64,000 bases of DNA from positions 288,001 through 352,000 of the forward strand of contig OZ219785.1 in assembly GCA_964291285.2 (NCBI GenBank). The letters are read 5' to 3'. Made by a program: the position numbers and the translations under genes. Below the pieces are notes generated by a model. That model was given only the letters and a program-made list of their open reading frames with translations, searched no databases and was not told the origin of the DNA. The number at the start of each line of letters is the position of its first letter. The first letter of the stretch is position 1. Origin of the DNA: Alphaproteobacteria bacterium (lineage in GTDB: Bacteria; Pseudomonadota; Alphaproteobacteria; Bin95). Below are positions 12,975 to 23,851 of the stretch, piece after piece.

Positions 12975-13883
12975 TCACGCCAGGGCATAGCGCGAGTCCG
13001 GCCCCGGCGGGTCGTCGCCGGAGGCCGCGCGCCCGTCCTCGACCATATGCAGCAGATGCGAGAGCACGGAGCGCCCGGCAGCGCGGTGCAGCCCCGGATC
13101 GACATCCGTGTAGATGCGCCGGACCATGTCCGGGATCGTCGCCACGCCAGCTTCGAGGCAGACCAGGATCGCCTGCTCGCGCTCTTCGCGGTGCGCGATG
13201 AAGGCGTCGACGAACGGCCCCGGATCGGTGATCGGGGGCCCGTGACCCGGCCACCAGGGGGTTTCCGTGCGCGCCCGCACCTTGCGCAGGCTCGCCATGT
13301 AGTGCGCCATGTCGCCGTCCGGCGGGGAGACGATGGAGGTGGACCAGCCCATCACATGGTCGCCGCTGAACAGAGAGTCCTCCTCCGCGAGCGCGAAGCA
13401 GAGATGGTTGGAGATGTGGCCCGGCGTGAACAGGCCCTCCAGGGTCCAGCCCCGGCCCTCGATGCGCCCGCCGTCGGGCACCCGGATGTCGGGGTCGAAG
13501 CCCGTGTCGCCGCCTTCGGGCGAGTCGAAGGGCCAGTTGCGCCGGGCGCCGATGCCGTGCGGGCCGTAGCCGCAAAGCGGCGCGCCGGTGGCCGCCTTGA
13601 GCGCGGCGCAGCCGGGCGAGTGGTCGCGGTGGGTGTGCGTCGCGACGATGTGGGTCACGGTCTCGCCCCGGAGCGCATCCAGGATCGCGGCCGTGTGCGC
13701 GGCGTCCTCCGGGCCGGGGTCGATCACCGCCACCTCGCCGCGCCCGACGATGTAGGTATTGGTGCCCTTGAAGGTGAACAGGCTCGGATTGGCGCTGGTG
13801 ATGCGCCGCACCAGCGGCGTCAGCTCATAGACCCGCTCCGGTTCGATATCGAAGTCCCGGTAGAACGGAATCGGCGCGGCCAT
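12975..13883 (-). CDS. Metallo-beta-lactamase fold hydrolase (LACTB2-like)
   Basis: [30 protein letters not shown]. Confidence 0.9.
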   Translation of the reverse strand: MAAPIPFYRDFDIEPERVYELTPLVRRITSANPSLFTFKGTNTYIVGRGEVAVIDPGPEDAAHTAAILDALRGETVTHIVATHTHRDHSPGCAALKAATGAPLCGYGPHGIGARRNWPFDSPEGGDTGFDPDIRVPDGGRIEGRGWTLEGLFTPGHISNHLCFALAEEDSLFSGDHVMGWSTSIVSPPDGDMAHYMASLRKVRARTETPWWPGHGPPITDPGPFVDAFIAHREEREQAILVCLEAGVATIPDMVRRIYTDVDPGLHRAAGRSVLSHLLHMVEDGRAASGDDPPGPDSRYALA

Positions 13884-13952
13884 GGCTCTCTCGCTGGGGT
13901 TACGGTCGCGCACCGGATTGATGGTCCGCGACCCTGCTGCTATCAATTGTGC

Positions 13953-14621
13953 ATGCGCCGGTCAACGCGGATCGCCCCGTCGATACTCTCCGCCGACTTC
14001 GCGGAGCTCGGGGCCGCCGTGGACTCGCTCGTTGCCGCCGGCGCCGACTATATTCATATCGATGTCATGGACGGCCATTTCGTCCCGAACCTCACCATCG
14101 GCCCGGCAGTGGTGAAGGCGCTCCGCAGGCGCACCGACCGGACCTTCGACACGCACCTGATGATTGCGCCGCTCGACCCGCTGCTGCCCGAATTCCTCGA
14201 TGCCGGGGCGGACATCGTGACCGTCCATGCCGAGGCGGGGCCGCACCTCCACCGCAGCGTGCAGCGCATCAGGGAGGCGGGCCGCCGGGCGGGCGTGGCG
14301 CTCAATCCCGGTACGCCGGCAAGCGCCGTGGATGCCGTGCTCGGCGACATCGACCTCGTGCTGGCGATGACGGTCGATCCGGGTTTCGGCGGCCAGAGCT
14401 TCCTGCCGGCCCAATGCGCCAAGATCGCGGCGCTCCGCGCGCGCATCGACGAATCGGGCCGGGAGATCGACCTTGAGGTGGACGGCGGCATCACCGACGA
14501 GACCGCGGCCGAAGTGCGGGCCGCGGGCGCCGACGTGCTGGTCGCGGGCAGCTTCGTCTTCGCCGACGGGCTCCAGGGCTGCGCCGGGCGCATCCGCCGG
14601 CTGCGCGAGGCCGCGCCTTGA
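13953..14621 (+). CDS. rpe: Ribulose-phosphate 3-epimerase
   Basis: [37 protein letters not shown]. Confidence 0.95.
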   Translation: MRRSTRIAPSILSADFAELGAAVDSLVAAGADYIHIDVMDGHFVPNLTIGPAVVKALRRRTDRTFDTHLMIAPLDPLLPEFLDAGADIVTVHAEAGPHLHRSVQRIREAGRRAGVALNPGTPASAVDAVLGDIDLVLAMTVDPGFGGQSFLPAQCAKIAALRARIDESGREIDLEVDGGITDETAAEVRAAGADVLVAGSFVFADGLQGCAGRIRRLREAAP

Positions 14622-16182
14622 TCGGCGTGCGCGGCCTTGCGGGGCGGCGCCTCTTCCCTGCGGGGTTTTCAAGACGGCTCGGCGGCGGGGCGCGCAACCT
14701 CGCGGCCGCGCCGCGCGACCTGTGGCCCGGCGCCTCGGACCGGGGCGAGGCGCTGCTCAACGACGGCGGGCGCCTGGCGGCCGCCCTGCAGGCCCCGCCG
14801 GAGGACAACGCCGCGCTCCTCCTGCACCGCTTCGACTGGCTGCGCCATCTGCGCGCCATCGGCGGCGACCAGGGCCGGCGCGAGGCAAGGCGGCTCGTGC
14901 TGCTCTGGCTCGAGGCGCACGGGTCCGGCCGCGGCGAGGTATGGCGCGCGGACATTGCCGGCGCCAGGCTTTATTCCTGGCTCGGCAGCTTCGAGTTCTT
15001 CGCCGCGAGCGCGGGAGAGCTGTTCCGCGCCCGCGTCATCGACAGCATGGGCATGCACGCCCAGTCGCTTGCGCGCGGCATCGAGACAGCCCCGGAAGGC
15101 GCGCCGCGCTTCGCCGCACTTGCGGGCGCGCTCGCCGCCGCCATCGCCTTCGGGCAGCAGCCGGGGGCGCTCCTGCGCCGGATCGAGCGCGCGCTCGACG
15201 AGCAGTTCTTCGCCGACGGCTTCCACCGCTCGCGCAACCCGGTCGCGCAATTGTCGGCGCTGCGCCGGCTGATCGAGGTTCAGGGCCTCTTGCGCGCGGC
15301 CGGCATCGCGCCGCCGGAACGCCTGGCCGAGACCGTCCGCGACGCCGGCCCGCCGCTTACCTTCTTCCGCCACGGCGACAAGCGGCTCGCCTGCTTCCAT
15401 GGCGGGCACGAGTCCGAGAGCGAGTTGGTCGATCTGGCGCTCGCGCGGGTGGACCGCCACACCCGCCCGCCAACGCGCAGCATCGAGGCCGGTTTCGACC
15501 GGCTCCAGGCGGGGCGCACGCTGGTGCTGGTGGACAGCGGCCTGCCGACGGCCAAGGGTTTCGACCGGGGCGGCCATTCGAGCCCGCTCGCGATGGAGTT
15601 CAGCGACGGGCCCCGGCGCATCGTGGTCAATTGCGGCGCGCCGGCGGACGGCTCCGAGCCGTGGAACGAGCTCGCGCGCGCCACCGCCGCGCACTCCACG
15701 CTGACGGTGAACGACGTGCATGCCGTCGAGATCGACAAGGGCGGCGGCGTGCGCGCGGGCGGCCTCCATGTCGAGGCGCGGCGCACCGAGGCCGAAGGCG
15801 GCCTCTGGCTCGACCTCAGCCATGACGGCTATGCCGCGCCCTTCGGCCTCATCCACCGCCGCCGGCTCTACCTCACCCGCCAGGGCGGGGACCTGCGCGG
15901 CGAGGACCTGCTGGAGGGCAACGCCGGCTGGCCCTTCAGCCTGCGCTTCCACCTCCACCCCGATGTCGAGCCGAAGCTGGAGGCGGGCGCGGTGCAGCTG
16001 ACGCTGCCCGGCCGCAGCAATGGAGCTTCCGTGCCTCCGGCGGCCGGATCAGCCTCGTCAGCAGCATCTATCTCGGCGAAGGCCGCCCCCGAAACACTGA
16101 CGCCATCCTGGTGGAAGGCAGGACGGGTGCGGAGGGAGCGGCGGTGAAATGGGCGTTCCGGGCGGAGGGGCGGGGCGGCTAA
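14618..16182 (+). pseudogene. Heparinase II/III-like protein, frameshifted near 16010-16018
   Basis: LHRFDWLRHL, FRHGD, RATAAHST, HDGY, LRFHLHP; family-like C-terminus QWSFRASGG..SIYLGEG..VKWAFR continues in the -1 frame to TAA at 16180-16182. Confidence 0.75.
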
Positions 16183-16211
16183 AAGGACGCGAACGAAACG
16201 GGAGGCACGCC

Positions 16212-16412
16212 GTGAACAGGCAACTGACCGCCATCGTCGAGCGGGACGGCGACGGCTATGTCACCCTCTGCCCGGCAGTGGATGTCGCAAGCCAGGGCGA
16301 CACCGTGGCCGAAGCCCGGGACAAACTCGCCGATGCGCTGGCGCTGTTCTTCGAGACCGCGCCGGAAGAGGAAGTCTCGTGGAGGCTCAGGAACGACGCC
16401 TGTGCAACCTAG
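16212..16412 (+). CDS. hicB: HicB-family antitoxin (short, orphan)
   Basis: GGAGG SD then GTG; LTAIVERDGDGYVTLCP..VASQGDTVAEARDKLADALALFFE. Confidence 0.8.
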   Translation: MNRQLTAIVERDGDGYVTLCPAVDVASQGDTVAEARDKLADALALFFETAPEEEVSWRLRNDACAT

Positions 16413-16523
16413 GCTAAGATTCCCGTTCCCGCTGAAGCGCAGTCACTCCACCGGTGGCTGTGGCCTGCCCCCCTTTCTCCCCAACAGGATTTCCTGTATT
16501 TTGACCATAGGAAAGGATGATCA

Positions 16524-17534
16524 GTGCAAAAATTTGACAACGTGATTAGCATTCGCGGTGAGGAAGTCACGCTACCCGCCGCTGATAACACGTCAGAAGC
16601 CCTAAAGGTTTTTCGGGCTGCAAATGCTTATTTTCGCAACATACCTTGGCCCAGCCCTTTCGACCAGACTTTTCACGCTATTGCTCAGGGTGACGCTCGC
16701 GACCTTTCGCATATTCCAAACGATTCTGTCCATTTGATTGTTACATCGCCGCCATACTGGACACTCAAGGCATATAACAAAACTTCAGGACAACTTGGGG
16801 ATATAGAGGACTATGACATATTTCTATATGAACTTGACAAAGTTTGGAGAGAGTGCGCTCGAGTTCTAGTTCCAGGTGGACGCATCTGTTGCGTGGTAGG
16901 CGATGTTTGTATTCCTCGTCGCCGACATGGAAGACATTTTGTTATGCCCCTTCATTCAGATATTCAAGTTCGTTCCCGCGCTTTGGAATTGGATGTTCTT
17001 ACTCCTATAATTTGGCACAAGATCGCAAATGGCGTAACAGAAGCGCGAGGAAACGGGTCTGGGTTTTATGGAAAACCGTATCAACCAGGAGCTGTCATTA
17101 AGAATGACATTGAGTACATACTATTTTTACGAAAAGGACGAGAGTATCGCAAAGTTAATTCACTGCAAAAGGCTCTTTCGATCTTGACTAAGGAAGAAAT
17201 GCAGCAGTGGTGGCGATCAATTTGGACGGACATAAGAGGTGCATCTACCCGCATGGGTCATCCTGCTCCTTTTCCGCCGGTGTTAGCCGAACGACTAATC
17301 CGCATGTTTTCCTTCGCCGGAGACACTGTATTGGACCCATTTCTTGGTACTGGCAGCACAGCTATCGCGGCGGTTGCATCGGGTCGTAACTCCATAGGGA
17401 TCGATATTGATTCGAAGTACGTCGAAATTGCTAGGGACAATGTCAAAGAGACAGCTCTGAAGAAGCGAGAAACAGGCGCGATACACGCAGTGTTGAAACC
17501 TGTCAGCGAGCAACTCCAACAAGAAGCGAGATAG
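16524..17534 (+). CDS. Site-specific amino-DNA methyltransferase (beta class, N4-C/N6-A)
   Basis: Motif IV SPPY precedes motif I DPFLGTGST; HPAPFP; markedly lower GC than the flanks. Confidence 0.92.
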   Translation: MQKFDNVISIRGEEVTLPAADNTSEALKVFRAANAYFRNIPWPSPFDQTFHAIAQGDARDLSHIPNDSVHLIVTSPPYWTLKAYNKTSGQLGDIEDYDIFLYELDKVWRECARVLVPGGRICCVVGDVCIPRRRHGRHFVMPLHSDIQVRSRALELDVLTPIIWHKIANGVTEARGNGSGFYGKPYQPGAVIKNDIEYILFLRKGREYRKVNSLQKALSILTKEEMQQWWRSIWTDIRGASTRMGHPAPFPPVLAERLIRMFSFAGDTVLDPFLGTGSTAIAAVASGRNSIGIDIDSKYVEIARDNVKETALKKRETGAIHAVLKPVSEQLQQEAR

Positions 17535-17537
17535 GCG

Positions 17538-18248
17538 TTGGCTTACCAACTTCTCGAAACATTCCGAAACTTATTTCACGGGCAGGCATATCGTCATAGG
17601 AAGTCTAATCTCGGCGATACGGTTGCGCGACAGCTCTACGAAGACCTTCATCGGCTTGAGCGGTCGGAAAAATACGTACGCCGTGTGGAGAACCGACGAA
17701 GCGTCGTAAACATACAGAACAGGCGCCACGGAGTTCGAGCTCGGCGCGGTGATGGCAGCTTTGGTGAAATAATTCCCAATGAGACACCGATTGCGGAGGA
17801 AGAGTTTTTGGTCGCTCGTGGGCCGATAGCTACCATAGAGATTGGCGTTGAGGTAAAAATTATGATGAAAGCAATGATCAAGCAGATTGATAGGGTTATC
17901 AACGACCTTCATGGGCAGGTGGAACAATTTCGATCGGGCGGTGGAAGCCCAATTTGTGTCGGGATCGTAGGTGTAAATCATGCGCCATACTGTACAACGT
18001 ATGAAGGAGATCGGCAGTATAGAACAAATGGGTCCAGTACCTTCAAGCATCCCATCGAGGAGGCCGACGAGGCGGAGCGGCGATTGATACAGTTTGTTGG
18101 CTCAGAATTTGACGAATTTATCATTCTTCGTTTTGGGGCGACGAACGAATCCCCATTTGAGTTTGATTGGACCAACCGGCGAAGTACTCATCTAGACTAT
18201 GGTGCGGCATTGGCTCGAATAAGCCGGGAATACGACATTCGTTTTTGA
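17538..18248 (+). CDS. Putative type II restriction endonuclease (PD-(D/E)xK)
   Basis: 3 bp downstream of the MTase, same low GC; GDGSFGE...EIGVEVK fits a D..ExK catalytic motif. Confidence 0.7.
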   Translation: MAYQLLETFRNLFHGQAYRHRKSNLGDTVARQLYEDLHRLERSEKYVRRVENRRSVVNIQNRRHGVRARRGDGSFGEIIPNETPIAEEEFLVARGPIATIEIGVEVKIMMKAMIKQIDRVINDLHGQVEQFRSGGGSPICVGIVGVNHAPYCTTYEGDRQYRTNGSSTFKHPIEEADEAERRLIQFVGSEFDEFIILRFGATNESPFEFDWTNRRSTHLDYGAALARISREYDIRF

Positions 18249-18415
18249 CTACAGGTGCCAATGTTAGCAGCAAAGATTCTCGTTGCCGCTGGTCGAAAAC
18301 ACGAAGGGCGCTTGGGCAGCTTGAAAAAATAGCGTGCTACCAGCTTCGATTTACTTGGTAGTAGCGATAGGCAGTGGGCGTAATAGGCTTATTTCTACAT
18401 CAACAACATACTACT

Positions 18416-19168
18416 TCACCGCCGCAACCGCTCCGCCGCCTTTCGCAGCCGTGTCTGCGCGTCCTCACTGTGCCAGAGTTCGGTCTGGCGGGCTACGCGG
18501 GCGGGCATTTGTTCGCGGAGGTCGGCGCAGAAGCGGCCGAGGCGCATGCGCTTCGATTCGGCGAAGGCGGCGGGGGCGAGATTGCACAGGGAAAGCAGCT
18601 TTTCCCACGCCATGTCCTCTATCTCCGCCTTCGGGCCGGTTTCGTGGACGAGGCCGAGGCTGCGGCCCTCCTCGGCGTGGATGAGCCGGCCCGTATAGAT
18701 CAGGTCGGAGGCGGCGAAGTCTCCCGCCACGAAACGCAGCAACCGGTCGCCATAATAGGGGTTGGGCACGCCCAGCAGGATTTCCGGCTTGCCGATGAGC
18801 ACGCGGCCCGCCGCCCCGTAGCGGTAGTCGCAGGCGAGGAACATGGCGAGTCCCGCGCCTATCGCATGGCCCCTTATGGCGCCCGCCACCGGCACCGGCG
18901 CTTCCAGCAGCGCCAGGATGAGCCGGCCCAGTTCCAGGAACATCTCACGGATCGAGTCGCGCGGCTCTTCGAGCGCCCAGTCGAGATCGACGCCGTTCGA
19001 GAAGAACCTCCTGCCGCCGGCAAGCAACACGCCGCGGGCGCCGCGCCCGGCCTCCTCCGTCGCGTCCGCAAGCTCGCGGATGAGCGGTGTCGTGAGCGCA
19101 TTGGCCTCGCCCCGGGCAAGGCGGATGCAGACGCAGCCGTCGCGGCGCTCCACGGAAATGCCGGTCAA
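18416..19168 (-). CDS. Enoyl-CoA hydratase/isomerase family protein
   Basis: FFSNGVDL, IRGHAIGAG, ACDYR, PEILLG. Confidence 0.88.
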   Translation of the reverse strand: MTGISVERRDGCVCIRLARGEANALTTPLIRELADATEEAGRGARGVLLAGGRRFFSNGVDLDWALEEPRDSIREMFLELGRLILALLEAPVPVAGAIRGHAIGAGLAMFLACDYRYGAAGRVLIGKPEILLGVPNPYYGDRLLRFVAGDFAASDLIYTGRLIHAEEGRSLGLVHETGPKAEIEDMAWEKLLSLCNLAPAAFAESKRMRLGRFCADLREQMPARVARQTELWHSEDAQTRLRKAAERLRR

Positions 19169-19183
19169 GGCGCTGCCCGCCCC

Positions 19184-20605
19184 TCAGCCTGCCGTCCGCC
19201 GCTTCAGCCTCACCTTCAGCCCTGCGGGCAGCATGGTGAAGGCCAGATGCTCCTGGACCTGCGCGCGGGGCGTGGCCGGCTCCAGGTCGAAATTGCGGCA
19301 GAGCATGGCGAGGACCGTGCGGATTTCGAGCAGCGCCAGCGCCCGGCCGGGGCAAAGGCGCGGGCCGCCGCCGAAGGGCAGGAAGGTGCGGCGGTCATGG
19401 GGGCTCGGGCGCGTTTCGGGAGGGGCAATCCAGCGCTCCGGGTCGAAGCGTTCGCCGTCCGCGAAATGCTCGTCGCTCGTCGCCGCATGGCGGAGCAGCA
19501 TCATGATCGGCGTGCCCCTCGGGATCAGGCAGCCGAGCATCTCCGTGTCCTCCAGCGGCTCCGCCACATGCATCGGCGCCACCGGCTTGAGGCGCATCAC
19601 CTCGTTGCAGAAGGCGTCGAGGAAGGGCAGCCGGTTCGCCTGTTCCAGACCCTCCATGGCCGCGGCCGGCGCAATCACGGAATCGATTTCGTCCCGGGCG
19701 CGCCCGAACAGGTCCGGATGGAGCGCGAAATAGTGCATCGCCCAGGCGATGCTGTTCGCGGTCGTGTCCTCGCCGGCCAGCAGCAGGGTGCCGGCATTGG
19801 CGAAGATGTCGGCATCCGAGATGCCGGACCCCTCGTCCGCGGCCGCCGCCATTATCGCCTCCAGGAAGTCGGCGGGTTCGCGGTCCGGGTCCGCCGCCAT
19901 GCGCTCCCTGGCGGCGCGCACCATCTCGCCCACCTCGCGCCTTATGGCTTCCAGCGCCCGGTCGAGCGCCCGGTCCGAGGGCAGGCGGAACCAGCGCCAA
20001 TAGGCGAAGGGCGCATTGGTGCGCCGGTGCAGCACGGGGAACACCTTGTCCAGATGGCGCTGGATCACGGGGCCGGGCGTCTCCAGCGTGTTGGCATCGA
20101 CGCCGAAGGCGAGTTGCATGGTGACATCGACGGTGAAGCGCATGAGGTCGCTGCAGACATCCACCGGCTCGCCCCGGTCCGCCGCATCCTCCCAGCGGTG
20201 CTGCAGGCGCGCGGCGATCAGGGCGAGCTTCGGGAAGAAGTCCGCGAGCTTGTGGCGGTTGAGCGCCGCGGTGACGATCCGGCGCTGCCGGCGCCAGTCC
20301 TCGCCCTCGGCGGCGAACACGCCTCTTAGCCCCATTTCCACCGCCACCGACTCGAGCCGGCGCGTGCGCCGGAAACCTTGCGGGCGCTGCACCAGGATAC
20401 GCTGGATGGCCGCGCTGTCCGACACCACGGCGATCGGGTGCGGCCCCATATTGATCCGGAAGAGCGGCCCGTACCGGTCCGCCCATTCCTCCAGCGTCAG
20501 GTGCAGCCGGTCGAAGCGGAGCCGGTGCAGCACGCCCACCAGGGGCAAGCCCCTCGGGCCGGGAAGGTCGCGAAGCCGGGTCAGGGCGCTGGCGGTCTCG
20601 GTCAT
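19184..20605 (-). CDS. Cytochrome P450
   Basis: AGEDTT (I-helix), EVMR (ExxR), FDPERW, FGGGPRLCPG (heme Cys). Confidence 0.96.
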   Translation of the reverse strand: MTETASALTRLRDLPGPRGLPLVGVLHRLRFDRLHLTLEEWADRYGPLFRINMGPHPIAVVSDSAAIQRILVQRPQGFRRTRRLESVAVEMGLRGVFAAEGEDWRRQRRIVTAALNRHKLADFFPKLALIAARLQHRWEDAADRGEPVDVCSDLMRFTVDVTMQLAFGVDANTLETPGPVIQRHLDKVFPVLHRRTNAPFAYWRWFRLPSDRALDRALEAIRREVGEMVRAARERMAADPDREPADFLEAIMAAAADEGSGISDADIFANAGTLLLAGEDTTANSIAWAMHYFALHPDLFGRARDEIDSVIAPAAAMEGLEQANRLPFLDAFCNEVMRLKPVAPMHVAEPLEDTEMLGCLIPRGTPIMMLLRHAATSDEHFADGERFDPERWIAPPETRPSPHDRRTFLPFGGGPRLCPGRALALLEIRTVLAMLCRNFDLEPATPRAQVQEHLAFTMLPAGLKVRLKRRTAG

Positions 20606-20839
20606 GGCGCCATTCTACACCTCGCAGCCCGGTCGGGGAGTGTGTCACCGCGCCTCTCCGGGCCTGCCGCCCGCGCGGAACGGCCGGGCAGAGTTATTTG
20701 AAAATATTATGAAACAAAGAAGAAATCGGTATTGGTTCTTTGCATAGCGGCCTTGCAAGACTGCGAATGTCCGCTTCGGAAATCCTCCGCGCCGGGCGCT
20801 GGGACTCGAAAGAAACGGCAAACGCCGGAGAAACGAGAG

Positions 20840-20998
20840 ATGAGTGTTCGGCAAATAACGGCAGGTTGCGATGCGGGACGCAAATGGAGTGTCGAAGAGG
20901 GGCGCAGGCGGCGCGGGACCCCGGTGACGGCGGTCCCGGCTCCGCACGGCGCCCCGGCCCGGACTCAGGCCGACTTCCTCGACATTCCCTGCCGGTAG
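20840..20998 (+). CDS. Putative 52-aa small protein
   Basis: AT-rich upstream region, GGAGA..GAGAG before ATG, strong plus-strand terminator downstream; no recognisable family. Confidence 0.3.
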   Translation: MSVRQITAGCDAGRKWSVEEGRRRRGTPVTAVPAPHGAPARTQADFLDIPCR

Positions 20999-21023
20999 CG
21001 TTTCCTCCACCGCAACCGGCAGC

Positions 21024-21064
21024 GCAGCCGGCGGGGCCCCCAAACCCGCCGGCTGCTTTCCTTT
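21024..21064 (+). terminator. Intrinsic terminator
   Basis: 12-bp perfect stem GCAGCCGGCGGG/CCCGCCGGCTGC followed by TTTCCTTT. Confidence 0.7.
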
Positions 21065-21076
21065 GGGTCGGACCGT

Positions 21077-22579
21077 CTAACGTCCCCCGGCCTTCACCCA
21101 CTCCCTCAACTCGTGCTTTCGCGTCTTGCCCAGGGCGGTCCTCGGGAGCCCATCGACGAACAGCACCTCCTTCGGATGCTTGAAACGGGCGAGCCGGCCT
21201 TCGAAGCGGGCGAGAAAGTCCGATGCCGCGATCCTTGCGCCCGGGGCAGGAACGACGACGGCGACCGGCACCTCGCCCCAGCGCGCGTCCCCGCGTCCGA
21301 CCACGGCCACATCGGCGATATCGTCCATCCGGTGGACCAGCTGCTCGATCTCGGCCGGGTAGATGTTCTCCCCGCCCGAGATCACGATGTCCTTCTTGCG
21401 GTCGATGACGAACACGTCGCCCTCTTCGTCGCGATACGCCACGTCGCCGGTATGGAACCAGCCGCCCCTGAGCGCGCGGCGCGTCTCCTCCCCGTTGTTC
21501 CAGTATTCGCGAAGGACGTTGCCGCCGCGGATCAGGATTTCCCCGGAGGCGCCGACCGGAACCTCGTTGCCCTCGTCGTCGGCGATCTTCATCTCGCAGT
21601 GGAGCCCGCATTTCCCGGTCGAGCGGGGCTTGCGCAGCCCGTCGCCCGGCTTCTGGTAGATCGAGACCGGCGCCGTCTCCGTCAGCCCGTAGGTCTGGCA
21701 TACCGGGATGCCGCGCGCCTGCACAGCGTCGATCAGGTGGCGCGGCACGACCGAGGAGCCGGTGGTGAGCAGACGCAGGCTGGAGAGGTCCGCTTCCACC
21801 CAGCCCGGGAGGTCGATCACCGCCTGGATGGTCGCCGGGACCAGGACAAGCTGCGTCGGGCGCTCCCCGACGATCGCGCGGAGCGTTGCCTCGGGCTCGA
21901 AACGGCGGTGCAGGATCACCGTCCCGCCGGCATAGAAGGCGGGCGAGGTGAGGATGTTGAGCCCGCCCACATGGAACATCGGCAGCACCGTCAGCACGCG
22001 GTCGGCGTCCGTCAGCCCGGCATAGTGGACGCAGTTGAGGGCGTTGACCTGGATCGCCCGCTGGTCGAGCACCGCGCCCTTGGGATGGCCCGTGGTGCCC
22101 GAGGTGTAGACCAGCAGGCAGGGGGTCTCCGGCCCGGCATGCGCGTCGCGGTCTTCGCCCGCCGCTGTCTCCGCCTCGCGGGCGATCCCGTCTGCGGGAA
22201 TGACGGCGGTCTCCAGGCAGTCCGCCGCCGCCTCGCGCGCGAGCTCCGCGTGGCCGGCGTCCGCGACCAGTATCCGAGGGGCGGAGTCGCCGAGGATATA
22301 GGCGAGTTCCGGCGCCACAAGGCGCCAGTTGAGCGGCGAGAACATCGCGCCGACCCGCGCGCAGGCGAAGAAGAGCGCCAGCATTGAGGGGCTGTTGAAG
22401 CCGAGAAAGGCGACCCGGTCGCCGCGCCCGACGCCGTGGACGGTCTTCAGTGCCCTGGCATGGCCCCGGATCGTCTCCGCGAGGCGGGCGTAGTCTATGT
22501 CCTCGCCCTCGAAGCGGATCGCGGTTTTCGACGGTGTGAACGCGGCGTTCTTCTCGACCCACGAGGACAGGTCGTTCAT
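21077..22579 (-). CDS. Acyl-CoA synthetase / AMP-binding ligase
   Basis: YTSGTTGHPKG, YGLTE, FHTGD, SGGENIYPAEIE, terminal LGK. Confidence 0.92.
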   Translation of the reverse strand: MNDLSSWVEKNAAFTPSKTAIRFEGEDIDYARLAETIRGHARALKTVHGVGRGDRVAFLGFNSPSMLALFFACARVGAMFSPLNWRLVAPELAYILGDSAPRILVADAGHAELAREAAADCLETAVIPADGIAREAETAAGEDRDAHAGPETPCLLVYTSGTTGHPKGAVLDQRAIQVNALNCVHYAGLTDADRVLTVLPMFHVGGLNILTSPAFYAGGTVILHRRFEPEATLRAIVGERPTQLVLVPATIQAVIDLPGWVEADLSSLRLLTTGSSVVPRHLIDAVQARGIPVCQTYGLTETAPVSIYQKPGDGLRKPRSTGKCGLHCEMKIADDEGNEVPVGASGEILIRGGNVLREYWNNGEETRRALRGGWFHTGDVAYRDEEGDVFVIDRKKDIVISGGENIYPAEIEQLVHRMDDIADVAVVGRGDARWGEVPVAVVVPAPGARIAASDFLARFEGRLARFKHPKEVLFVDGLPRTALGKTRKHELREWVKAGGR

Positions 22580-23832
22580 TCGTCTTCTTCGCCGCGCTCG
22601 TAGAGCGCCTCGCGGCCGAGCTTGTCGATGCAGAGCTCCGCCGTCCACGGCAGCATCAGCGAGCCGCAGCGGCTGTCGCGGTAGAGCCGCTCCAGCGGCA
22701 GGCTCTTCAGCATCGACTGCCCGCCGCAGGTGCGGATCGCCTTCTGGCAGAGGTCGTTCGCCGTTTCCATCACCGTGTACTGGGCGCAATAGGCGCGGAG
22801 CACCGAGGCTTTGGACGGGTTGGGGCGGGCCTCGCCGAGCATCTGGAACCAGAGCGCCTTGGCCTGCTCCAGCGCGACCAGCATCTCCGCGACGGCGTGC
22901 TGCTTGGTCGGGTACATGCGCCGCTTGACCGGCGGCATGCCCGGCACCTCGCCGCGCAAATAGCGGACGGTGAAATCGTAGGCCGCCTGGGCGATGCCCA
23001 TATAGGCCGGGGTCAGCGTGGTGAACATGTGAGGCCAGCGGGTCGCCGCCTCGAAATAGACCCCCTTGGGCATCAGCGCCGCGTCGTCGGACACGAACAC
23101 GTTTTCGAACAGGAGGTCGCGCGAGACCGTCCCACGCATGCCGAGCGGGTCCCAGTCGCCGACCACGCTCACCCCCTCGGCATCGGCGGGGACGGCGAAA
23201 TACATCGTGTCGCGGCGGCTCAGGTTCTGCTTCTTCTCGGTGCAGAGCACGCCGTAATAGTCCGCCGAGCCGGCGAGCGAGGCGAAGATCTTCTTGCCGT
23301 TGATGACCCAGCCGCCCTCGACCCGGTCGGCCAGCGTGCCGAACGGGCGGAAGCCGGCCGCCGCCGCACCGCCTTCGGAGAACGGCTGGGCGTAGATCGC
23401 TCCCTTATCCACGATGCGGGTGTAGTGCAGCGCGCGCCGCCGGTTGTGCTCTCGCCGCTGTTCCCGCTTCATCGGCAGGTCGTCGGCGAGCGCCCCGGTC
23501 CACAGGCACGAGCTCACATGCATGTTGAAGGTGAGCGCCGTCGAGCCGCAGTAACGGCCGATTTCCGCCGCCATCAGCGAATAGGTCTTCAGGTCCGCGC
23601 CGTGCCCGCCATGCTCCTTCGGCACGCAGACGGCGAGCAGGCCCGCCTCGTGGAGGTCCCGGTAGTTCGCCATCGGGAAGATCGCGTCGCGGTCCCATTC
23701 GTCGGCGCGCGCCGCGAAGCTCTCCTCGCCGAGCCGCCGGGCCTCCGCGCAGAGCGCCGCCTGTTCGCCGGTGAGCCCGTAATAGTCCGGGTCGAACATC
23801 GGCGCGTCGCGCCGCTCGTCGCTGGAAGCCAT
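22576..23832 (-). CDS. Acyl-CoA dehydrogenase family protein
   Basis: FSEG, INGKKIFAS, WDPLGMRGTVS, LERLYRDSR. Confidence 0.9.
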   Translation of the reverse strand: MASSDERRDAPMFDPDYYGLTGEQAALCAEARRLGEESFAARADEWDRDAIFPMANYRDLHEAGLLAVCVPKEHGGHGADLKTYSLMAAEIGRYCGSTALTFNMHVSSCLWTGALADDLPMKREQRREHNRRRALHYTRIVDKGAIYAQPFSEGGAAAAGFRPFGTLADRVEGGWVINGKKIFASLAGSADYYGVLCTEKKQNLSRRDTMYFAVPADAEGVSVVGDWDPLGMRGTVSRDLLFENVFVSDDAALMPKGVYFEAATRWPHMFTTLTPAYMGIAQAAYDFTVRYLRGEVPGMPPVKRRMYPTKQHAVAEMLVALEQAKALWFQMLGEARPNPSKASVLRAYCAQYTVMETANDLCQKAIRTCGGQSMLKSLPLERLYRDSRCGSLMLPWTAELCIDKLGREALYERGEEDE

Positions 23833-23851
23833 CGCCACGCCCTCCACCTGC

